A DNA stretch of 37,830 bases from Pseudomonadota bacterium (GCA_043798555.1 JAZDOO010000229.1:1-37830), one strand, 5' to 3'; shown: positions 1 to 12,802, numbered from the stretch's first letter. Translations and numbers: made by a program. The notes: generated by a model from the letters alone, not told the origin.

Positions 1-458
1 CAAACTGAGGTGTACGCTAAAGCCCCGGCCGCAGCTTTTGCCACCAATTGGTTTGCCGGGGCGGAACGATGCTTGGGAACGATGATTCCATGCACACCCA
101 CGGTATTGGCGGTTCGCACAATGGCCCCGAAGTTCCGCGGATCTTCGATGCCGTCCAAAATTAAAAAAAGGGCCTTTTCTTGCGATGTTCGCCAGTGCTC
201 GAGCAGAGATTCGAAACGCTGATAGGAATATGGTGAAACGATTCCTACTACCCCCTGATGGGCTTCTTTGCCCACTAATGTATCAAATCTATTTCGAGGG
301 ATACGCTGAATCTTGATGTTGTGCTGTCGGGCGAGAGCATAAATCTCACTTTTTTTCCCCTTAAGGTTCTCAATGGGCAGGAAAATCTGGTGAACCCGCT
401 CTGGATGGGATTTAATCGTTTCAAGAACCGTATTTATGCCAAAAATAGTTTCCTCCAT
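1..458 (-). CDS. rlmB: 23S rRNA (Gm2251) 2'-O-methyltransferase, TrmH/SpoU family; 3' end runs off the window
   Basis: Not in the ORF track. Manual translation from ATG at 458 gives MEETIFGINTVLE...HQGVVG...FLILDGIEDPRNFGAIVRTA...KAAAGA, with typical RlmB motifs. The frame stays open to the window edge. Confidence 0.9.
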   Translation of the reverse strand, partial: MEETIFGINTVLETIKSHPERVHQIFLPIENLKGKKSEIYALARQHNIKIQRIPRNRFDTLVGKEAHQGVVGIVSPYSYQRFESLLEHWRTSQEKALFLILDGIEDPRNFGAIVRTANTVGVHGIIVPKHRSAPANQLVAKAAAGALAYTSV

Positions 459-471
459 GGTGAAAGCGAGA

Positions 472-1206
472 TTATGCTATGGCCTGTGCCATGTCTTCTA
501 AAATCGTATGAACCGCCTCGACAGGATTTGGAGCTTTAAGGATAGGACGTCCGATGACTATGTAGTCAGCTCCTGCTTGTAACGCCATTTTAGGAGTGAG
601 AACCCGTTTCTGATCGTCTTTGTTAGAAGTATGGATCCTCACTCCCGGGGTAACAGTCAAAAAGTCACGGGGGAGGATATCCCGAATAAAAGGGATTTCC
701 TGGGGAGAAGCTACCACCCCATTGAGGCCAGCCTCGTATGCAAGACAGGCAAGGCGCTGAACCTGGGCAGTAACAGGAGCGGTAATGCCCATTTCTGCTA
801 AATCAGAATCCAGAAGGCTGGTGAGAATGGTTACTGCTAATAAGATGGGAGTTGGGGAGTGAAGTTTATCAGCTGTAGCTCGGGCCGATTTAACTGCCTC
901 TGCCATCATAGTCCTCCCGCCGAGGGCATGAACATTGAGCATCTTTACTTTTAGAGAGACCGCTGCTTCGATAGCTGCGGTTACGGTATTTGGTATGTCA
1001 TGAAATTTTAAATCGAGAAATACTTCTCCTCCTTCATCCTGAACCATTCTTACCGCGGAAGACCCGTAGCGAGTAAAAAGCTGAAGCCCCACTTTGAAAA
1101 GCCCCACATAAGACTTCAGTTCCTTTACCCAGAATTGCGCCTCGGAAAGGCTGTCCACGTCCAATGCCACAATAAGCTTTTTTTTAACTTCTTCTTTTGA
1201 TAACAC
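472..1206 (-). CDS. pyrF: Orotidine-5'-phosphate decarboxylase
   Basis: LIVALD, FKVG, FLDLKFHDIPNT (DxKxxDIxNT), VTPGVR, DDQKR, VIGRPI. Confidence 0.97.
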   Translation of the reverse strand: MLSKEEVKKKLIVALDVDSLSEAQFWVKELKSYVGLFKVGLQLFTRYGSSAVRMVQDEGGEVFLDLKFHDIPNTVTAAIEAAVSLKVKMLNVHALGGRTMMAEAVKSARATADKLHSPTPILLAVTILTSLLDSDLAEMGITAPVTAQVQRLACLAYEAGLNGVVASPQEIPFIRDILPRDFLTVTPGVRIHTSNKDDQKRVLTPKMALQAGADYIVIGRPILKAPNPVEAVHTILEDMAQAIA

Positions 1207-1232
1207 AGGAAAATATGATTAGGTGAAAAGGG

Positions 1233-1850
1233 TTAGTATTTTAAAAAATCATTTAAAATGGGTAGGCGTTTTAACATGTGTTCACGACGATGCCTTTCAG
1301 AGATGATGATTGCTTGGAGAACCCTGAGGGTTTCAGCAAAGGAGTCGTTAACAACTATATAATCATACGTATTCGCTTGAGAAATCTCCTCCTGGGCCCT
1401 ACTGAGACGGTTTTTTATTATCTCTGGAGAATCAGTGTTTCTTTCCTGCAATCTCCGTTCAAGTTCAGCAAGCGATGGGGGGAGCACAAAAATGGATATC
1501 CCCTGGGGGTAATTTTTTTTTAGTTGCTTGGCCCCCTGAGCATCTATATTAAAAAGAAGATCGTGACCCTTTGCAAGCGTTTGTTCAATGACTGATCGGG
1601 CAGTCCCGTAAAAATGCCCATAAATTTCAGCCCACTCCGCCAATTCTCCTTTATTGATCATAGCCCTGAACGTCTCTGAAGATACGAAAAGGTAATCTTG
1701 GCCATGTATTTCATCCTTACGAGGAGGGCGGGTAGTGTACGACACTGATAATTGTAATTTGGGAATCTGTCTTACCAATTCTCTACCGAGAGAAGTCTTT
1801 CCTGTTCCTGAGGGACCAGAAATGATAAACAAAAGACCGCTTCTTCCCAT
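1233..1850 (-). CDS. gmk: Guanylate kinase
   Basis: P-loop SGPSGTGKT, SVSYTTRPPR, YGHFYGT. Confidence 0.97.
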   Translation of the reverse strand: MGRSGLLFIISGPSGTGKTSLGRELVRQIPKLQLSVSYTTRPPRKDEIHGQDYLFVSSETFRAMINKGELAEWAEIYGHFYGTARSVIEQTLAKGHDLLFNIDAQGAKQLKKNYPQGISIFVLPPSLAELERRLQERNTDSPEIIKNRLSRAQEEISQANTYDYIVVNDSFAETLRVLQAIIISERHRREHMLKRLPILNDFLKY

Positions 1851-2125
1851 TATCCCTCCTTCCCCTCTCCTCCCTTGGGTTGATACTCCGTTAATAGACG
1901 GTTGGCAACCGTACTCGCTTCAACTGCTGAGAGTACTATATGATCACTGTCAGTGATAATAATAGAACGGGTTTTTCTCCCCTGCGTCACATCTATGAGT
2001 TTCCGGGATTCCCTCGCCTCTTCTTTGAGGCGCTTTATGGGAGCTGATCCGGGAGTGATTATGGCAACCACTCGCGATGCCATGAGCATATTTCCAAAAC
2101 CAACATTTAACAGTTTTATATCCAT
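1850..2125 (-). CDS. DUF370 / RemA (YlzA) family protein
   Basis: LLNVGFGN...GSAPIKRL...[24 protein letters not shown]; typical yicC-DUF370-gmk order. Start chosen at ATG 2125 behind a GGAGG RBS; the ORF track starts at 2143. Confidence 0.92.
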   Translation of the reverse strand: MDIKLLNVGFGNMLMASRVVAIITPGSAPIKRLKEEARESRKLIDVTQGRKTRSIIITDSDHIVLSAVEASTVANRLLTEYQPKGGEGKEG

Positions 2126-2142
2126 GCCTTTTCCTCCATACA

Positions 2143-3015
2143 CTATTCTACATTTTGAACCTGTTCGCGCATCTTTTCTACATCACTTTTTACTTCCACA
2201 ACGGCTTGAGAGATTCTGACGTCGTTTGATTTCGAACCAATGGTATTGATTTCACGATTTATTTCTTGGATGATAAACTCGAGCTTACGGCCAATAGCAA
2301 TTGGCGAGTCAAGTAACTCTTGACATTGCTGAAGGTGACTTCTAATCCGAACAACTTCTTCAGTTATGTCGGCTCGTTCCGCGAGAAAAAAAATTTCGGT
2401 CAAGAGGCGAGATTCATCTATTTTATAAGGGAGATCGAGTTGTTGAAACCGTTTGAGCAGTTTTTCTCGATAGGAGGTAGTCATTTGGGAGCCATGCGAT
2501 TCGATTTCAGAAATAAGGTGATCAATCCTTTGGACTCTTTCCTGAAGGTCTTGCTTGATAAAAGTCCCTTCACATTCCCTCATTTCATTCAGGGCATTTA
2601 AGGCTGAATCTAAAAGGATTTGCAATTCATCCCACCTTTGAAAATCTGCTTCAATTTTTTCAACCGAGATAACATCTTTCAAGGAAATAATATGTAATAA
2701 CGAAATGCCTTCAGCTAAGTCGAGCTCTTGCTTGAGTTGACTTAGAAGGCTATAATATTCGTGAGCCAAAGGGAGATTTAATCCAACATGAAATTTCACC
2801 CCCTCCCCATTCTCCATTTGAATAGTAGCATCAACTCTCCCTCGGTTTATTTTCCGCTCCATGTACTTTTTTATCGTTAGTTCCAGCGGAACCAGCACCT
2901 TGGGAATTTTAAGATTAATGTCACAAAAGCGGTGGTTAACCGTTTTAATTTCTATTACACAGGGGCGAGTATCAAATAATCCTTCGACTCTGGCATAGCC
3001 GGTCATACTTCTCAT
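2143..3015 (-). CDS. yicC: YicC/YloC family endoribonuclease
   Basis: [45 protein letters not shown]-terminal [11 protein letters not shown]. Confidence 0.95.
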   Translation of the reverse strand: MRSMTGYARVEGLFDTRPCVIEIKTVNHRFCDINLKIPKVLVPLELTIKKYMERKINRGRVDATIQMENGEGVKFHVGLNLPLAHEYYSLLSQLKQELDLAEGISLLHIISLKDVISVEKIEADFQRWDELQILLDSALNALNEMRECEGTFIKQDLQERVQRIDHLISEIESHGSQMTTSYREKLLKRFQQLDLPYKIDESRLLTEIFFLAERADITEEVVRIRSHLQQCQELLDSPIAIGRKLEFIIQEINREINTIGSKSNDVRISQAVVEVKSDVEKMREQVQNVE

Positions 3016-3578
3016 ACTGAACTAATCCCTATATGGTTAAATTCCGAACGCCCCCTTTTTAACTGGAAAAGATATTTTTGACGAAGGACATTCATGAGGT
3101 CAATCATCTTCCCCGATCGGTAATCAGGATATGTCCAGGGAAGAGCCCGAAAGCTTTTTTCCTGGTAAATCAACGTTATGTCAGCGTGGATACCGTTTTG
3201 TAAATACGGACGGTGGGGGCAGGGTTTGGTGGTTGCTAAAATAAGATGATGGGCACTAATATACCCAGGATCGATATTAACCGTTCGCTTGTTAGGTCCC
3301 GAGGAAAAAGTGGTTTCAATTTCATTGGTTACGTGCTTCAAGTCAGAAAGTCTCTCCGGGTTAATTAAAGGTTCAAAGCTTATCATTCTTCGCCAGAGGT
3401 TTTGCCCCATTTCCTTCTCATAGTAATCAGTATAATTAAAAGGCATTACTTCACTGATAAAATCGAGGGAGCCCCAAAGGGAAACCATTTTCTTTAAAGC
3501 AAGATGAAACGAATCTTCCTTTCTCCAGATTAGGCTCGCAATCAATTTTACTGGTTTAGGATAGGTTGGATTTCCCAC
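3012..3578 (-). CDS. DUF4416 family protein
   Basis: FNYTDYYEKEMG, RTVNIDPGY, LILATTK..HRPYL, LPWTYPDY; 4-bp overlap with yicC. Confidence 0.85.
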   Translation of the reverse strand: MGNPTYPKPVKLIASLIWRKEDSFHLALKKMVSLWGSLDFISEVMPFNYTDYYEKEMGQNLWRRMISFEPLINPERLSDLKHVTNEIETTFSSGPNKRTVNIDPGYISAHHLILATTKPCPHRPYLQNGIHADITLIYQEKSFRALPWTYPDYRSGKMIDLMNVLRQKYLFQLKRGRSEFNHIGISSV

Positions 3579-3631
3579 AAGAAAAAGTAACAGTTAAAAT
3601 TGAGCTTCCCGATAATAGAGGAAAAACTACC

Positions 3632-4420
3632 CTAAGTCAAGGATGCATCTCCCAGAGAGGAATTTCTGGTGCTGGTCAAATTTTGGTAAAAAATCTTTTG
3701 AATTTTTTCCTGAAGAAATTTCTTATCCCTGAGGGTTAATGATTCGGTTTCAACGGGGGGATCCACGAAAACCTTTACATAACCAGGCAATACCCGCACG
3801 GACCCTTTGGGCATTATTGTATGGGTTCCGTTAATCGTAATGGGTAGAATAGGCGCCCGGGAAAGAATGGCTAAAAAAAATCCTCCCTCAGTGAAAGGAA
3901 GAAGATCGCCGGTGGGGCTTCGGGTCCCTTCCGGGAAAACGAGGACGCTTGCTCCTTTTTTAATCCTTTCAATCGTTTTTCTAATACTGGAAGAGGCCTT
4001 GGATTTATTCTCTCGGTCAATGCTGATGGCACCGATCCAGTGCAAGATCCAGCCAAAAACTGGAATTTTAAACAGTTCTTTTTTCGCCATCCAATGGATA
4101 AAAATGGGCAGGGTAAGGAGGACAAAAATATCATGATAGCTCTGGTGATTAGCCATAATGATATAGGTTTGGCCAGAACGGATATTATCAATTCCCTCGA
4201 CTTCTACCTGCACGCCGCTAACCAATAAGAGAAGACGAGCCCAATATTTCTGGATTTGAAGGATCTTTTTTTCCTGTGACCTAAAAACGAAAATAGCTGG
4301 ACAAATAATGATAGTGTTCACGATGATCGTGATCCAAAACAGGATCGTTCTTATTACAGCAGCCGCTTGCTTCAAATAAGTAAGTATTTTTAAGATATTA
4401 ATAAACTGAGAGCGGACCAA
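3632..4420 (-). CDS. plsC: 1-acyl-sn-glycerol-3-phosphate acyltransferase
   Basis: NHQSYHD (HxxxxD), AKKELFKIPVFGW, FPEGTRS; hydrophobic N-terminus. Exact start uncertain. Confidence 0.9.
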   Translation of the reverse strand: MVRSQFINILKILTYLKQAAAVIRTILFWITIIVNTIIICPAIFVFRSQEKKILQIQKYWARLLLLVSGVQVEVEGIDNIRSGQTYIIMANHQSYHDIFVLLTLPIFIHWMAKKELFKIPVFGWILHWIGAISIDRENKSKASSSIRKTIERIKKGASVLVFPEGTRSPTGDLLPFTEGGFFLAILSRAPILPITINGTHTIMPKGSVRVLPGYVKVFVDPPVETESLTLRDKKFLQEKIQKIFYQNLTSTRNSSLGDASLT

Positions 4421-4508
4421 GCGCCATAGGTAAAGGCCTTAGTTTTGCATTACTTTATTTTTTCAACTAAGTCAACTTCTTGTTAAGCTTCGGACCATTA
4501 TCTGGCAC

Positions 4509-4536
4509 TTGATTTTTCTTCTCGTACTGTTAAAAT
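4509..4536 (+). promoter_or_regulatory. Putative sigma70 promoter for ssb
   Basis: TTGATT-16 bp-TAAAAT with an extended TG; a second TATAAT at 4545-4550. Confidence 0.45.
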
Positions 4537-4590
4537 GGGGCGGGTATAATTAATCGGAAAAATTTTCTTACATTAGAATGGAGGAAAATA

Positions 4591-5001
4591 ATGGCAGGAG
4601 TAAATAAAGTGATTTTGATTGGCAACTTAGGGGCGGATCCGGAGATCAGGTACACGAGCAACGGAACAGCCGTGGCAAATTTTCGTATTGCCACAACCGA
4701 ACGCTGGACTAATGCTAACGGAGAAAAAGAAGAACGAACCGAATGGCATCGAATTGTGGCGTTTGGAAAACTGGGGGAAATTTGTGGAGAATATTTAGCA
4801 AAAGGTAAACAAGTTTACATTGAAGGGAGACTTCAAACGCGCAACTGGGAAGATCGGGATGGAAATCAAAGAACAACAACTGAAATCATCGCTACTGGAA
4901 TGCAGATGTTAGGGTCACCAGGTGGGAGCAGTAGCCAGCTTCAGGGAAAGGAAGAACCGGCTATTCCCAAGGATTCAGTGGTGGATGATATTCCGTTCTA
5001 A
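4591..5001 (+). CDS. ssb: Single-stranded DNA-binding protein
   Basis: [32 protein letters not shown], acidic tail DDIPF; GGAGG RBS. Confidence 0.98.
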   Translation: MAGVNKVILIGNLGADPEIRYTSNGTAVANFRIATTERWTNANGEKEERTEWHRIVAFGKLGEICGEYLAKGKQVYIEGRLQTRNWEDRDGNQRTTTEIIATGMQMLGSPGGSSSQLQGKEEPAIPKDSVVDDIPF

Positions 5002-5018
5002 CGTTGAATAGTTGATAG

Positions 5019-5056
5019 AAAGAAAAAGCCCTCATTGTCTGAGGGCCTTTTCTTTG
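5019..5056. terminator. Bidirectional intrinsic terminator between convergent ssb and groEL
   Basis: AAAGAAAAAGCCCTCA-ttgtc-TGAGGGCCTTTTTCTTT, a hairpin with an A tract on the left and a T tract on the right. Confidence 0.85.
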
Positions 5057-5069
5057 GTAAGCGGTTAAA

Positions 5070-6710
<1,641 letters not shown>

Positions 6711-6746
6711 CTAAAATATAAGTACCAGTTTTCTTTATAGATAGTT

Positions 6747-7037
6747 TTATTTTTCGATGATTCCCAGAATATCATCTTCCCTCATTATGAGATGCTCTTC
6801 GTCATCAATCTTGATCTCAGTTCCCGCATACTTACCAAAAAGTATCCGGTCACCTTTTTTGACTTCCAAAGGAATTTTTTTGCCGTCATCAGTTACCTTA
6901 CCGGGACCCACGGCCATCACTATACCTTCCTGAGGCTTTTCTTTGGCTGAGTCAGGGATTATAATGCCTCCTTTGGTTTTCTCTTCTTCTTCAATCCGCT
7001 TTACGATGACACGATCTTGTAATGGTTTAATATTCAT
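6747..7037 (-). CDS. groES: Co-chaperonin GroES
   Basis: [37 protein letters not shown]; AAGGAGG RBS. Confidence 0.99.
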   Translation of the reverse strand: MNIKPLQDRVIVKRIEEEEKTKGGIIIPDSAKEKPQEGIVMAVGPGKVTDDGKKIPLEVKKGDRILFGKYAGTEIKIDDEEHLIMREDDILGIIEK

Positions 7038-7179
7038 AGTATACTTCCCTCCTTAGAATAATGGTTTAGCGTTAGTATCCATGAGAAGCTATGAGACTTT
7101 TTTTGGAAATTCTTTTTCTCACCTCCTTTATAACTAAATATGAAACTTGAGAGAAAAGGCGAAGCTTGGATAGAAATTG

Positions 7180-7206
7180 TTAGCACTCGGTTTAATTGAG
7201 TGCTAA
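7180..7206. promoter_or_regulatory. CIRCE element (HrcA operator)
   Basis: Perfect TTAGCACTC-N9-GAGTGCTAA upstream of groES. Confidence 0.97.
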
Positions 7207-7211
7207 TTTAG

Positions 7212-7240
7212 AGTTTACTTAATTTTATAAATATAATCAA
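7212..7240 (-). promoter_or_regulatory. sigma70 promoter for groESL
   Basis: Minus strand TTGATT-17 bp-TAAACT, which places the transcription start at the edge of CIRCE (the classic arrangement). Confidence 0.7.
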
Positions 7241-7620
7241 GGCTAAAAATAGCGTAAAAACAGCTAAATTTTATTATTTAACCCTTATTTTGACAATTTT
7301 TTTAGTTTAAATGTTATTTTTTAAAAAAATCTCGTTTTGTTTTATTATTAATTGTAATCAGGTGCAAACACTTTTGACCTATCATCTTACCGACTACCCA
7401 CAAAAAACAGTAATTTCTCACTATAATTGAGTAGTAACCTGCTGGTAGTAAAACAAACTTGACACCCACAGGATACTGTGGTAGCAACTCTATCTGTGCA
7501 TTCCAATTAGATAACGTGTTTGATTTATTTTAAAAATGGCTTACTTCACTCTCGGGGGTTATTTATTAATCCCTTTTTTAGCTTTTGGTTAACCTGCATC
7601 CCTTTGAAAAGTGCAAAAAA

Positions 7621-10290
7621 ATGGAAGATCCGTTCCTGTCAAAAACCTATGATCCTTATCAGGTGGAAAAGAAATGGTATGCTTTTTGGGAAAAACAGGG
7701 TTATTTCCACGCAGATGAGCAGAAGCCTTCGGAACCATATTCGATTGTCATTCCGCCACCCAATGTTACTGGTTCCCTCCATATGGGTCACGCGTTAAAT
7801 AATGCCCTTCAAGATATCCTAATTCGCTATAAAAGGATGGAGGGTAAGAATACGCTCTGGTTGCCCGGGACCGACCATGCTGGCATTGCTACGCAATATG
7901 TGGTGGAAAAAGAGCTGGCTAAGGAAAAGGTGGCTCGGAAAAGCTTGGGGAGAGAAAAGTTTATTGAGCGCATATGGCAATGGAAAAAGGAGCATGGGGG
8001 GATTATTATTGAGCAATTAAAGCGATTGGGGGCTTCATGTGACTGGGTTCGGGAACGGTTTACCATGGACGAAGGGCTTAGTAAAGCGGTACGGGAAGTA
8101 TTTGTTCGTCTCTACGAAGAAGGACTTATCTACCGGGGTGATTATATCATTAACTGGTGCCCTCGGTGCCAAACTGCCCTTTCAGATCTTGAGGTTGAGT
8201 ATCGGGAAACCCAGGGACAATTTTACTATATCCATTATCCGCTCACAAAAGGAAAGAGAAGTATTGTTGTAGCAACCACCCGACCGGAGACCATGTTGGG
8301 AGACACTGCGGTAGCTGTTCACCCTAATGATGAGCGTTACACTGCTATCGTAGGTAAAGAAGTAGTCCTTCCCCTGATGGATCGGGTTATCCCGATAATT
8401 GCCGATGAGTATGTAGACAAAAGTTTTGGGACGGGAGCACTAAAAATTACACCGGCCCACGATCCTAATGACTTTGAACTTGGCTCACGGCACAATTTGC
8501 CGGCCGTTAAAGTCATTGATGAAAGTGGGAAGATGAACGAAAATGCAGGGCGATATCGCCGGATGGATCGATTTTCCTGTAGAGAAAAGGTGGTTGAAGA
8601 TCTAAGGGCTCAAAAGCTTTTGAAAAAAGTTGAGAAATATACTCATAACGTTGGGCATTGCTACCGGTGTGATGAAGTAGTCGAACCTACGCTTTCGAAA
8701 CAATGGTTTATCCGGGCCACTCCTTTAGCGGAACCAGCAATTGCTGCAGTTAAAGAAGGGCGGACCAAAATCATTCCTACCGTCTGGGAGAAAACGTATT
8801 TTGAATGGATGGAAAATATTCGTGACTGGTGTATCTCCAGACAAATTTGGTGGGGACACCGGATACCAGCGTGGTATTGCCAAACGTGTGGAGAGATCCA
8901 AGTGGAAAGAGGAGAGCCTCAACAGTGCAAAAACTGTGGAGGTAACCAACTTGAACAAGAAGAAGATGTTTTAGATACCTGGTTTAGCTCAGCCCTGTGG
9001 CCTTTTTCCACCTTGGGGTGGCCTCAAAAAACGAAGGAACTTGAAGTTTTTTATCCCACTTCAGTCCTGGTTACCGGATTTGATATTCTTTTCTTTTGGG
9101 TAGCCAGAATGATGATGATGGGGTTGAAAATTATGGGAGAGGTTCCTTTCCGTGATGTATACATTCATGCGTTAGTCCGGGATGCCCAAGGTCAAAAAAT
9201 GAGCAAATCTCTGGGTAATGTGATTGATCCTATTGTAATGATTGAAGAATATGGTACCGATGCTTTCCGCTTTACCTTGGCTGCCTTGGCTTCCCAGGGG
9301 AGAGATATTAGGCTTTCGGAAGATATTATCGGAGGGTATCGTAATTTTGCTAACAAAATTTGGAATGCTGCCCGGTTTGTTCTTTTAAACCTCGACGGGT
9401 ATACCCCAGAAGAAAGTTCCATCCCCTACCATCAGTATTCCCTTGCAGACAAATGGATTTTGAGCCGGGTAAATCGGCTGATTGGAACAGTAAGAACCGC
9501 ATTGGATCAGTATAAATTTAATGAAGCAGCCCTTTCCCTTTATCAATTTATCTGGCACGAATTCTGTGATTGGTATGTTGAATTTAGCAAGGAGGGGTTA
9601 ACCAGTACTGACAATGGAAACATATCTCGGGGCGTTACCCAGCAGGTGCTTGTGGAAGTTTTAGATATTATTCTTAGGCTTCTTCACCCTTTTATGCCCT
9701 TCATTACTGAAGAAATCTGGCAAAACCTCCCCGGTAATGAGGGAAGCATTATGGTTTCAGCCTTTCCTATTGTGAATGGTACAATTTTAAATCCTGAAGC
9801 TGAAGAAGAATTGGAAATAATTAAAGAGGTCATTTATCATATCCGTAATATCCGGGGAGAGATGCATATCCCCCCCTCGCAAAAGGTAGCAGTGATTCTT
9901 TACTGTGGTAGTGATGCCAATGCCCAGCTTTTAAAAACCCATCAGAATTATTTATTGCAGTTAGCCCGGATAAGTTGCCTCACGTTTTCCAACTCCAAAA
10001 AAAGACCCAAAGCAGCCGCCACTGCCATTGTTAAAGATATAGAGGTCTATGTTCCTTTGGCAGACCTCATCGACTTCGGAGAAGAGGAGAAGAGACTCAG
10101 AAAAGAAATTGCCAAGACGGAAAAGGAACTCGCTTTGGTTCAGAAGAAGTTGTCCAATGAAGACTTTCTTCGCAAGGCGCCTAAAGAAATCGTGGAAAAA
10201 GAACATCAGCTTAACCAGACCCTGATCGAAAAACAAAGAAAACTGCAAGAAGGCATTTCCCGACTCATGGAAATGAGAGACGCACGGTGA
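7621..10290 (+). CDS. valS: Valine--tRNA ligase
   Basis: PPPNVTGSLHMGH, ATTRPETMLGD, DWCISRQIWWGH, KMSKS, C-terminal coiled coil. ATG 7621 preferred over the TTG start at 7585. Confidence 0.98.
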   Translation: MEDPFLSKTYDPYQVEKKWYAFWEKQGYFHADEQKPSEPYSIVIPPPNVTGSLHMGHALNNALQDILIRYKRMEGKNTLWLPGTDHAGIATQYVVEKELAKEKVARKSLGREKFIERIWQWKKEHGGIIIEQLKRLGASCDWVRERFTMDEGLSKAVREVFVRLYEEGLIYRGDYIINWCPRCQTALSDLEVEYRETQGQFYYIHYPLTKGKRSIVVATTRPETMLGDTAVAVHPNDERYTAIVGKEVVLPLMDRVIPIIADEYVDKSFGTGALKITPAHDPNDFELGSRHNLPAVKVIDESGKMNENAGRYRRMDRFSCREKVVEDLRAQKLLKKVEKYTHNVGHCYRCDEVVEPTLSKQWFIRATPLAEPAIAAVKEGRTKIIPTVWEKTYFEWMENIRDWCISRQIWWGHRIPAWYCQTCGEIQVERGEPQQCKNCGGNQLEQEEDVLDTWFSSALWPFSTLGWPQKTKELEVFYPTSVLVTGFDILFFWVARMMMMGLKIMGEVPFRDVYIHALVRDAQGQKMSKSLGNVIDPIVMIEEYGTDAFRFTLAALASQGRDIRLSEDIIGGYRNFANKIWNAARFVLLNLDGYTPEESSIPYHQYSLADKWILSRVNRLIGTVRTALDQYKFNEAALSLYQFIWHEFCDWYVEFSKEGLTSTDNGNISRGVTQQVLVEVLDIILRLLHPFMPFITEEIWQNLPGNEGSIMVSAFPIVNGTILNPEAEEELEIIKEVIYHIRNIRGEMHIPPSQKVAVILYCGSDANAQLLKTHQNYLLQLARISCLTFSNSKKRPKAAATAIVKDIEVYVPLADLIDFGEEEKRLRKEIAKTEKELALVQKKLSNEDFLRKAPKEIVEKEHQLNQTLIEKQRKLQEGISRLMEMRDAR

Positions 10291-11129
10291 TGATAGACGG
10301 AGTCGAGGCAATAATCGCGCTGGCCTTGTGGGAAGACATCGGGCACCAGGATGTGACCACCCGGAGCTTAATTGATGTGGCTGAAAGGGGAAACGCCCGA
10401 ATAAAGGCGAAAGAAGATTTTTTGCTCGCTGGGATGAACATTTTTTTTCGCGTTTTTGTTCAGTTAGAAAAAGAAGTGACGATAACGCCATTCTTTCACG
10501 ATGGAGATGAAATTAAGCAGGGTGATGTCATTGCAGAAGTGAGGGGGCCGTTGTGGGCCTTATTGACCGGAGAACGTACGGCACTCAATTTTCTCCAGAG
10601 ACTTTCTGGTATCGCTACCCTTACCCGAGAAATAGTCAAAAAAGTGGAGCGGTATCCAGTGCGCATTTTGGATACCCGTAAAACCACTCCTGGGTGGCGG
10701 ACTTTAGAGAAAGAGGCAGTGAAGGTGGGAGGAGGATTCAATCATCGCTGGGGGTTGTATGACGGAGTGTTAATAAAAGATAACCATATCCGAGCGGTGG
10801 GAGGCATTGAGAAGGCGGTAGCGAAAGCTCGCGCCCAGATTCCGCTTACCATGAAGATTGAAGTGGAAGTGAGTAGCCTTGAAGAAGTTGACGAGGCACT
10901 GAGGGCAAAGGCAGATATTATTATGCTGGATAACATGTCCTTAGATGAAATGCGCTTGGCGGTGGAAAAGATAAAAGGCCGCGCACTGGTGGAAGCATCG
11001 GGGGGGATTACCATTGAAAATGTTGCGTCGGTGGCTAAAACCGGAGTTGATTTCATTTCTATGGGAGCATTAACCACTTCTTTTCGGGCAGTAGACATAA
11101 GCATGGATTTAGAAGCGAAAGGAAACTAA
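10287..11129 (+). CDS. nadC: Nicotinate-nucleotide diphosphorylase (carboxylating), quinolinate phosphoribosyltransferase
   Basis: [46 protein letters not shown]. Confidence 0.97.
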   Translation: MMIDGVEAIIALALWEDIGHQDVTTRSLIDVAERGNARIKAKEDFLLAGMNIFFRVFVQLEKEVTITPFFHDGDEIKQGDVIAEVRGPLWALLTGERTALNFLQRLSGIATLTREIVKKVERYPVRILDTRKTTPGWRTLEKEAVKVGGGFNHRWGLYDGVLIKDNHIRAVGGIEKAVAKARAQIPLTMKIEVEVSSLEEVDEALRAKADIIMLDNMSLDEMRLAVEKIKGRALVEASGGITIENVASVAKTGVDFISMGALTTSFRAVDISMDLEAKGN

Positions 11130-11914
11130 TGCTGCTCACCATTGATATCGGGAATACCAATATTGTATTGGGCATTTTTCAAGAAGACAATTTGATCAGG
11201 CACTGGCGGATTGTAACCCGACAAGACAAAACCGAAGATGAATATGGGATTCTCATTTATAACTTATACCAGGCAGCACAGATAGATTTCACTCATACCC
11301 AGGAGGTAATTATCTCTTGTGTTGTTCCACCCATGGTGAGAATAATGGAAGCGCTTTGTGCCAAATATTTTCAGATCACCCCAATTTTTGTTGGCCCAGG
11401 TGTAAAAACCGGGATGCCGATTCGATACGACAACCCCCATGAAGTGGGTGCTGACCGCATTGTCAACGCGGTAGCTGCCTATGAAAAATATAAACAAAGT
11501 GTTATTGTGGTTGATTTTGGAACCGCAACTACCTTTGATTATATTTCTCCCCAAGGGGAGTACATGGGGGGGGCCATTGCACCAGGGATTGGCGTTTCCA
11601 GCGAAGCTCTTTTTGTGAAAGCTTCAAAGCTTCCCCGGGTAGAGCTTATTAAACCAGAGTCCATAATTGGAAAAAACACCACTGCCAGCCTCCAGGCAGG
11701 AATCGTGTATGGGTATATAGCAATGGTTGATGGAATCGTAGAAAAAATGAAGCGGGAAGTAAAAACATCCCCCCGCGTCATCGCTACCGGTGGGTTGGCT
11801 GGTTTTATTGCGGCAGAATCTAATACCATCGAGGAAGTTGATGACCTTCTCACCCTTAAAGGACTTCGATTGATTTACCAAAAAAACTTTGGGAGCAAGA
11901 GGCGCATTTCCTAA
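11129..11914 (+). CDS. coaX: Type III pantothenate kinase
   Basis: [32 protein letters not shown]. Confidence 0.96.
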   Translation: MLLTIDIGNTNIVLGIFQEDNLIRHWRIVTRQDKTEDEYGILIYNLYQAAQIDFTHTQEVIISCVVPPMVRIMEALCAKYFQITPIFVGPGVKTGMPIRYDNPHEVGADRIVNAVAAYEKYKQSVIVVDFGTATTFDYISPQGEYMGGAIAPGIGVSSEALFVKASKLPRVELIKPESIIGKNTTASLQAGIVYGYIAMVDGIVEKMKREVKTSPRVIATGGLAGFIAAESNTIEEVDDLLTLKGLRLIYQKNFGSKRRIS

Positions 11915-11952
11915 ATTTTATCGTTAATCTAACCTAAAAAAAAGAGGCGGAC

Positions 11953-12474
11953 GTGAAGATTACACCTTTGGATATTCAACAGCAGCAATTTACTATAAGG
12001 TTTAGAGGATATGATACCCAAGATGTAGACTCCTTTTTGGAGTCAGTAGCTAATGCATTGGAAGAGCAAATTAAAAAGCACAATGAATTAAAAGAGGAAC
12101 TGGAGAGAAAGGAAGAACGTATCTGGGAATACCAAAATATGGAAAAGACGTTAAAAGAGACCTTGATGATGGCTCAGGCCACTTCAGAGGAAATGAAAAA
12201 GAATGCCCAAAAGATGGCAGAAGATCTAAGAGCAACCGCCCAGAAAGAAGCTGAGATTACCATTACCCGAGCGAAGCAACAAGCAGAAAAGATTATGGAA
12301 GAGACTAATGCCCAATTTGCAAAGATTAAAGCGGAATTTAACGAGGTAAAAAGAAAAAAAATTATTTTGGAACAAGAGCTTAGATCCTTATTGGAGACTC
12401 ATTTGAGACTCCTTGAGGCCACTTCCGAAAACCCAGCCAGCCCCTTAGACGCAAAACCCATTATTGAGTCATAA
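11953..12474 (+). CDS. divIVA: DivIVA domain coiled-coil protein
   Basis: ITPLDIQQQQF...FRGYDTQDVDSFL followed by a long coiled coil. Confidence 0.92.
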   Translation: MKITPLDIQQQQFTIRFRGYDTQDVDSFLESVANALEEQIKKHNELKEELERKEERIWEYQNMEKTLKETLMMAQATSEEMKKNAQKMAEDLRATAQKEAEITITRAKQQAEKIMEETNAQFAKIKAEFNEVKRKKIILEQELRSLLETHLRLLEATSENPASPLDAKPIIES

Positions 12475-12802
12475 CTCCAAAAAAAGTACCCCTGTCATGC
12501 TGGATATCAGGGAACATAACGACGGCATACTATTCCCGCTACTGGTGCAGCCGAGGTCAAAAAAAAATGAGATTTTAGGAATCCATGATGGTGCATTAAG
12601 AATTAAAGTTGTTGCACTACCAGTTGAAGGCGCAGCGAATGAGGCCTGCCGAAAAATTCTTTCCGAAGCTCTCGGTGTCAGTAAGTCAAACATAGAAATC
12701 ATCAAAGGGAAAACTTCTTCCCGAAAAATGGTTAAATGCCGAAAGGTAAATCCCAAAAAACTGCAAGCCTGGCTTAACCATTTAAATTTTATTGACTGTT
12801 AG
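12464..12802 (+). CDS. yggU: DUF167 / YggU (UPF0235) family protein
   Basis: VQPRSKKNEI, PVEGAANE, LGVSKSNIEIIKGKTSSRK. True start may be ATG 12497. Confidence 0.88.
   Translation: MSHNSKKSTPVMLDIREHNDGILFPLLVQPRSKKNEILGIHDGALRIKVVALPVEGAANEACRKILSEALGVSKSNIEIIKGKTSSRKMVKCRKVNPKKLQAWLNHLNFIDC

Noticed and set aside
7430-7620. T-box leader or operator upstream of valS
   Set aside because: There is no T-box consensus or terminator. Only TTGACA with a weak -10 and a 6-bp inverted repeat (7466-7481) are present, which is too little to call.
11953-12802. DivIVA in a Gram-negative organism as a novelty
   Set aside because: divIVA-yggU is already known in deltaproteobacteria.
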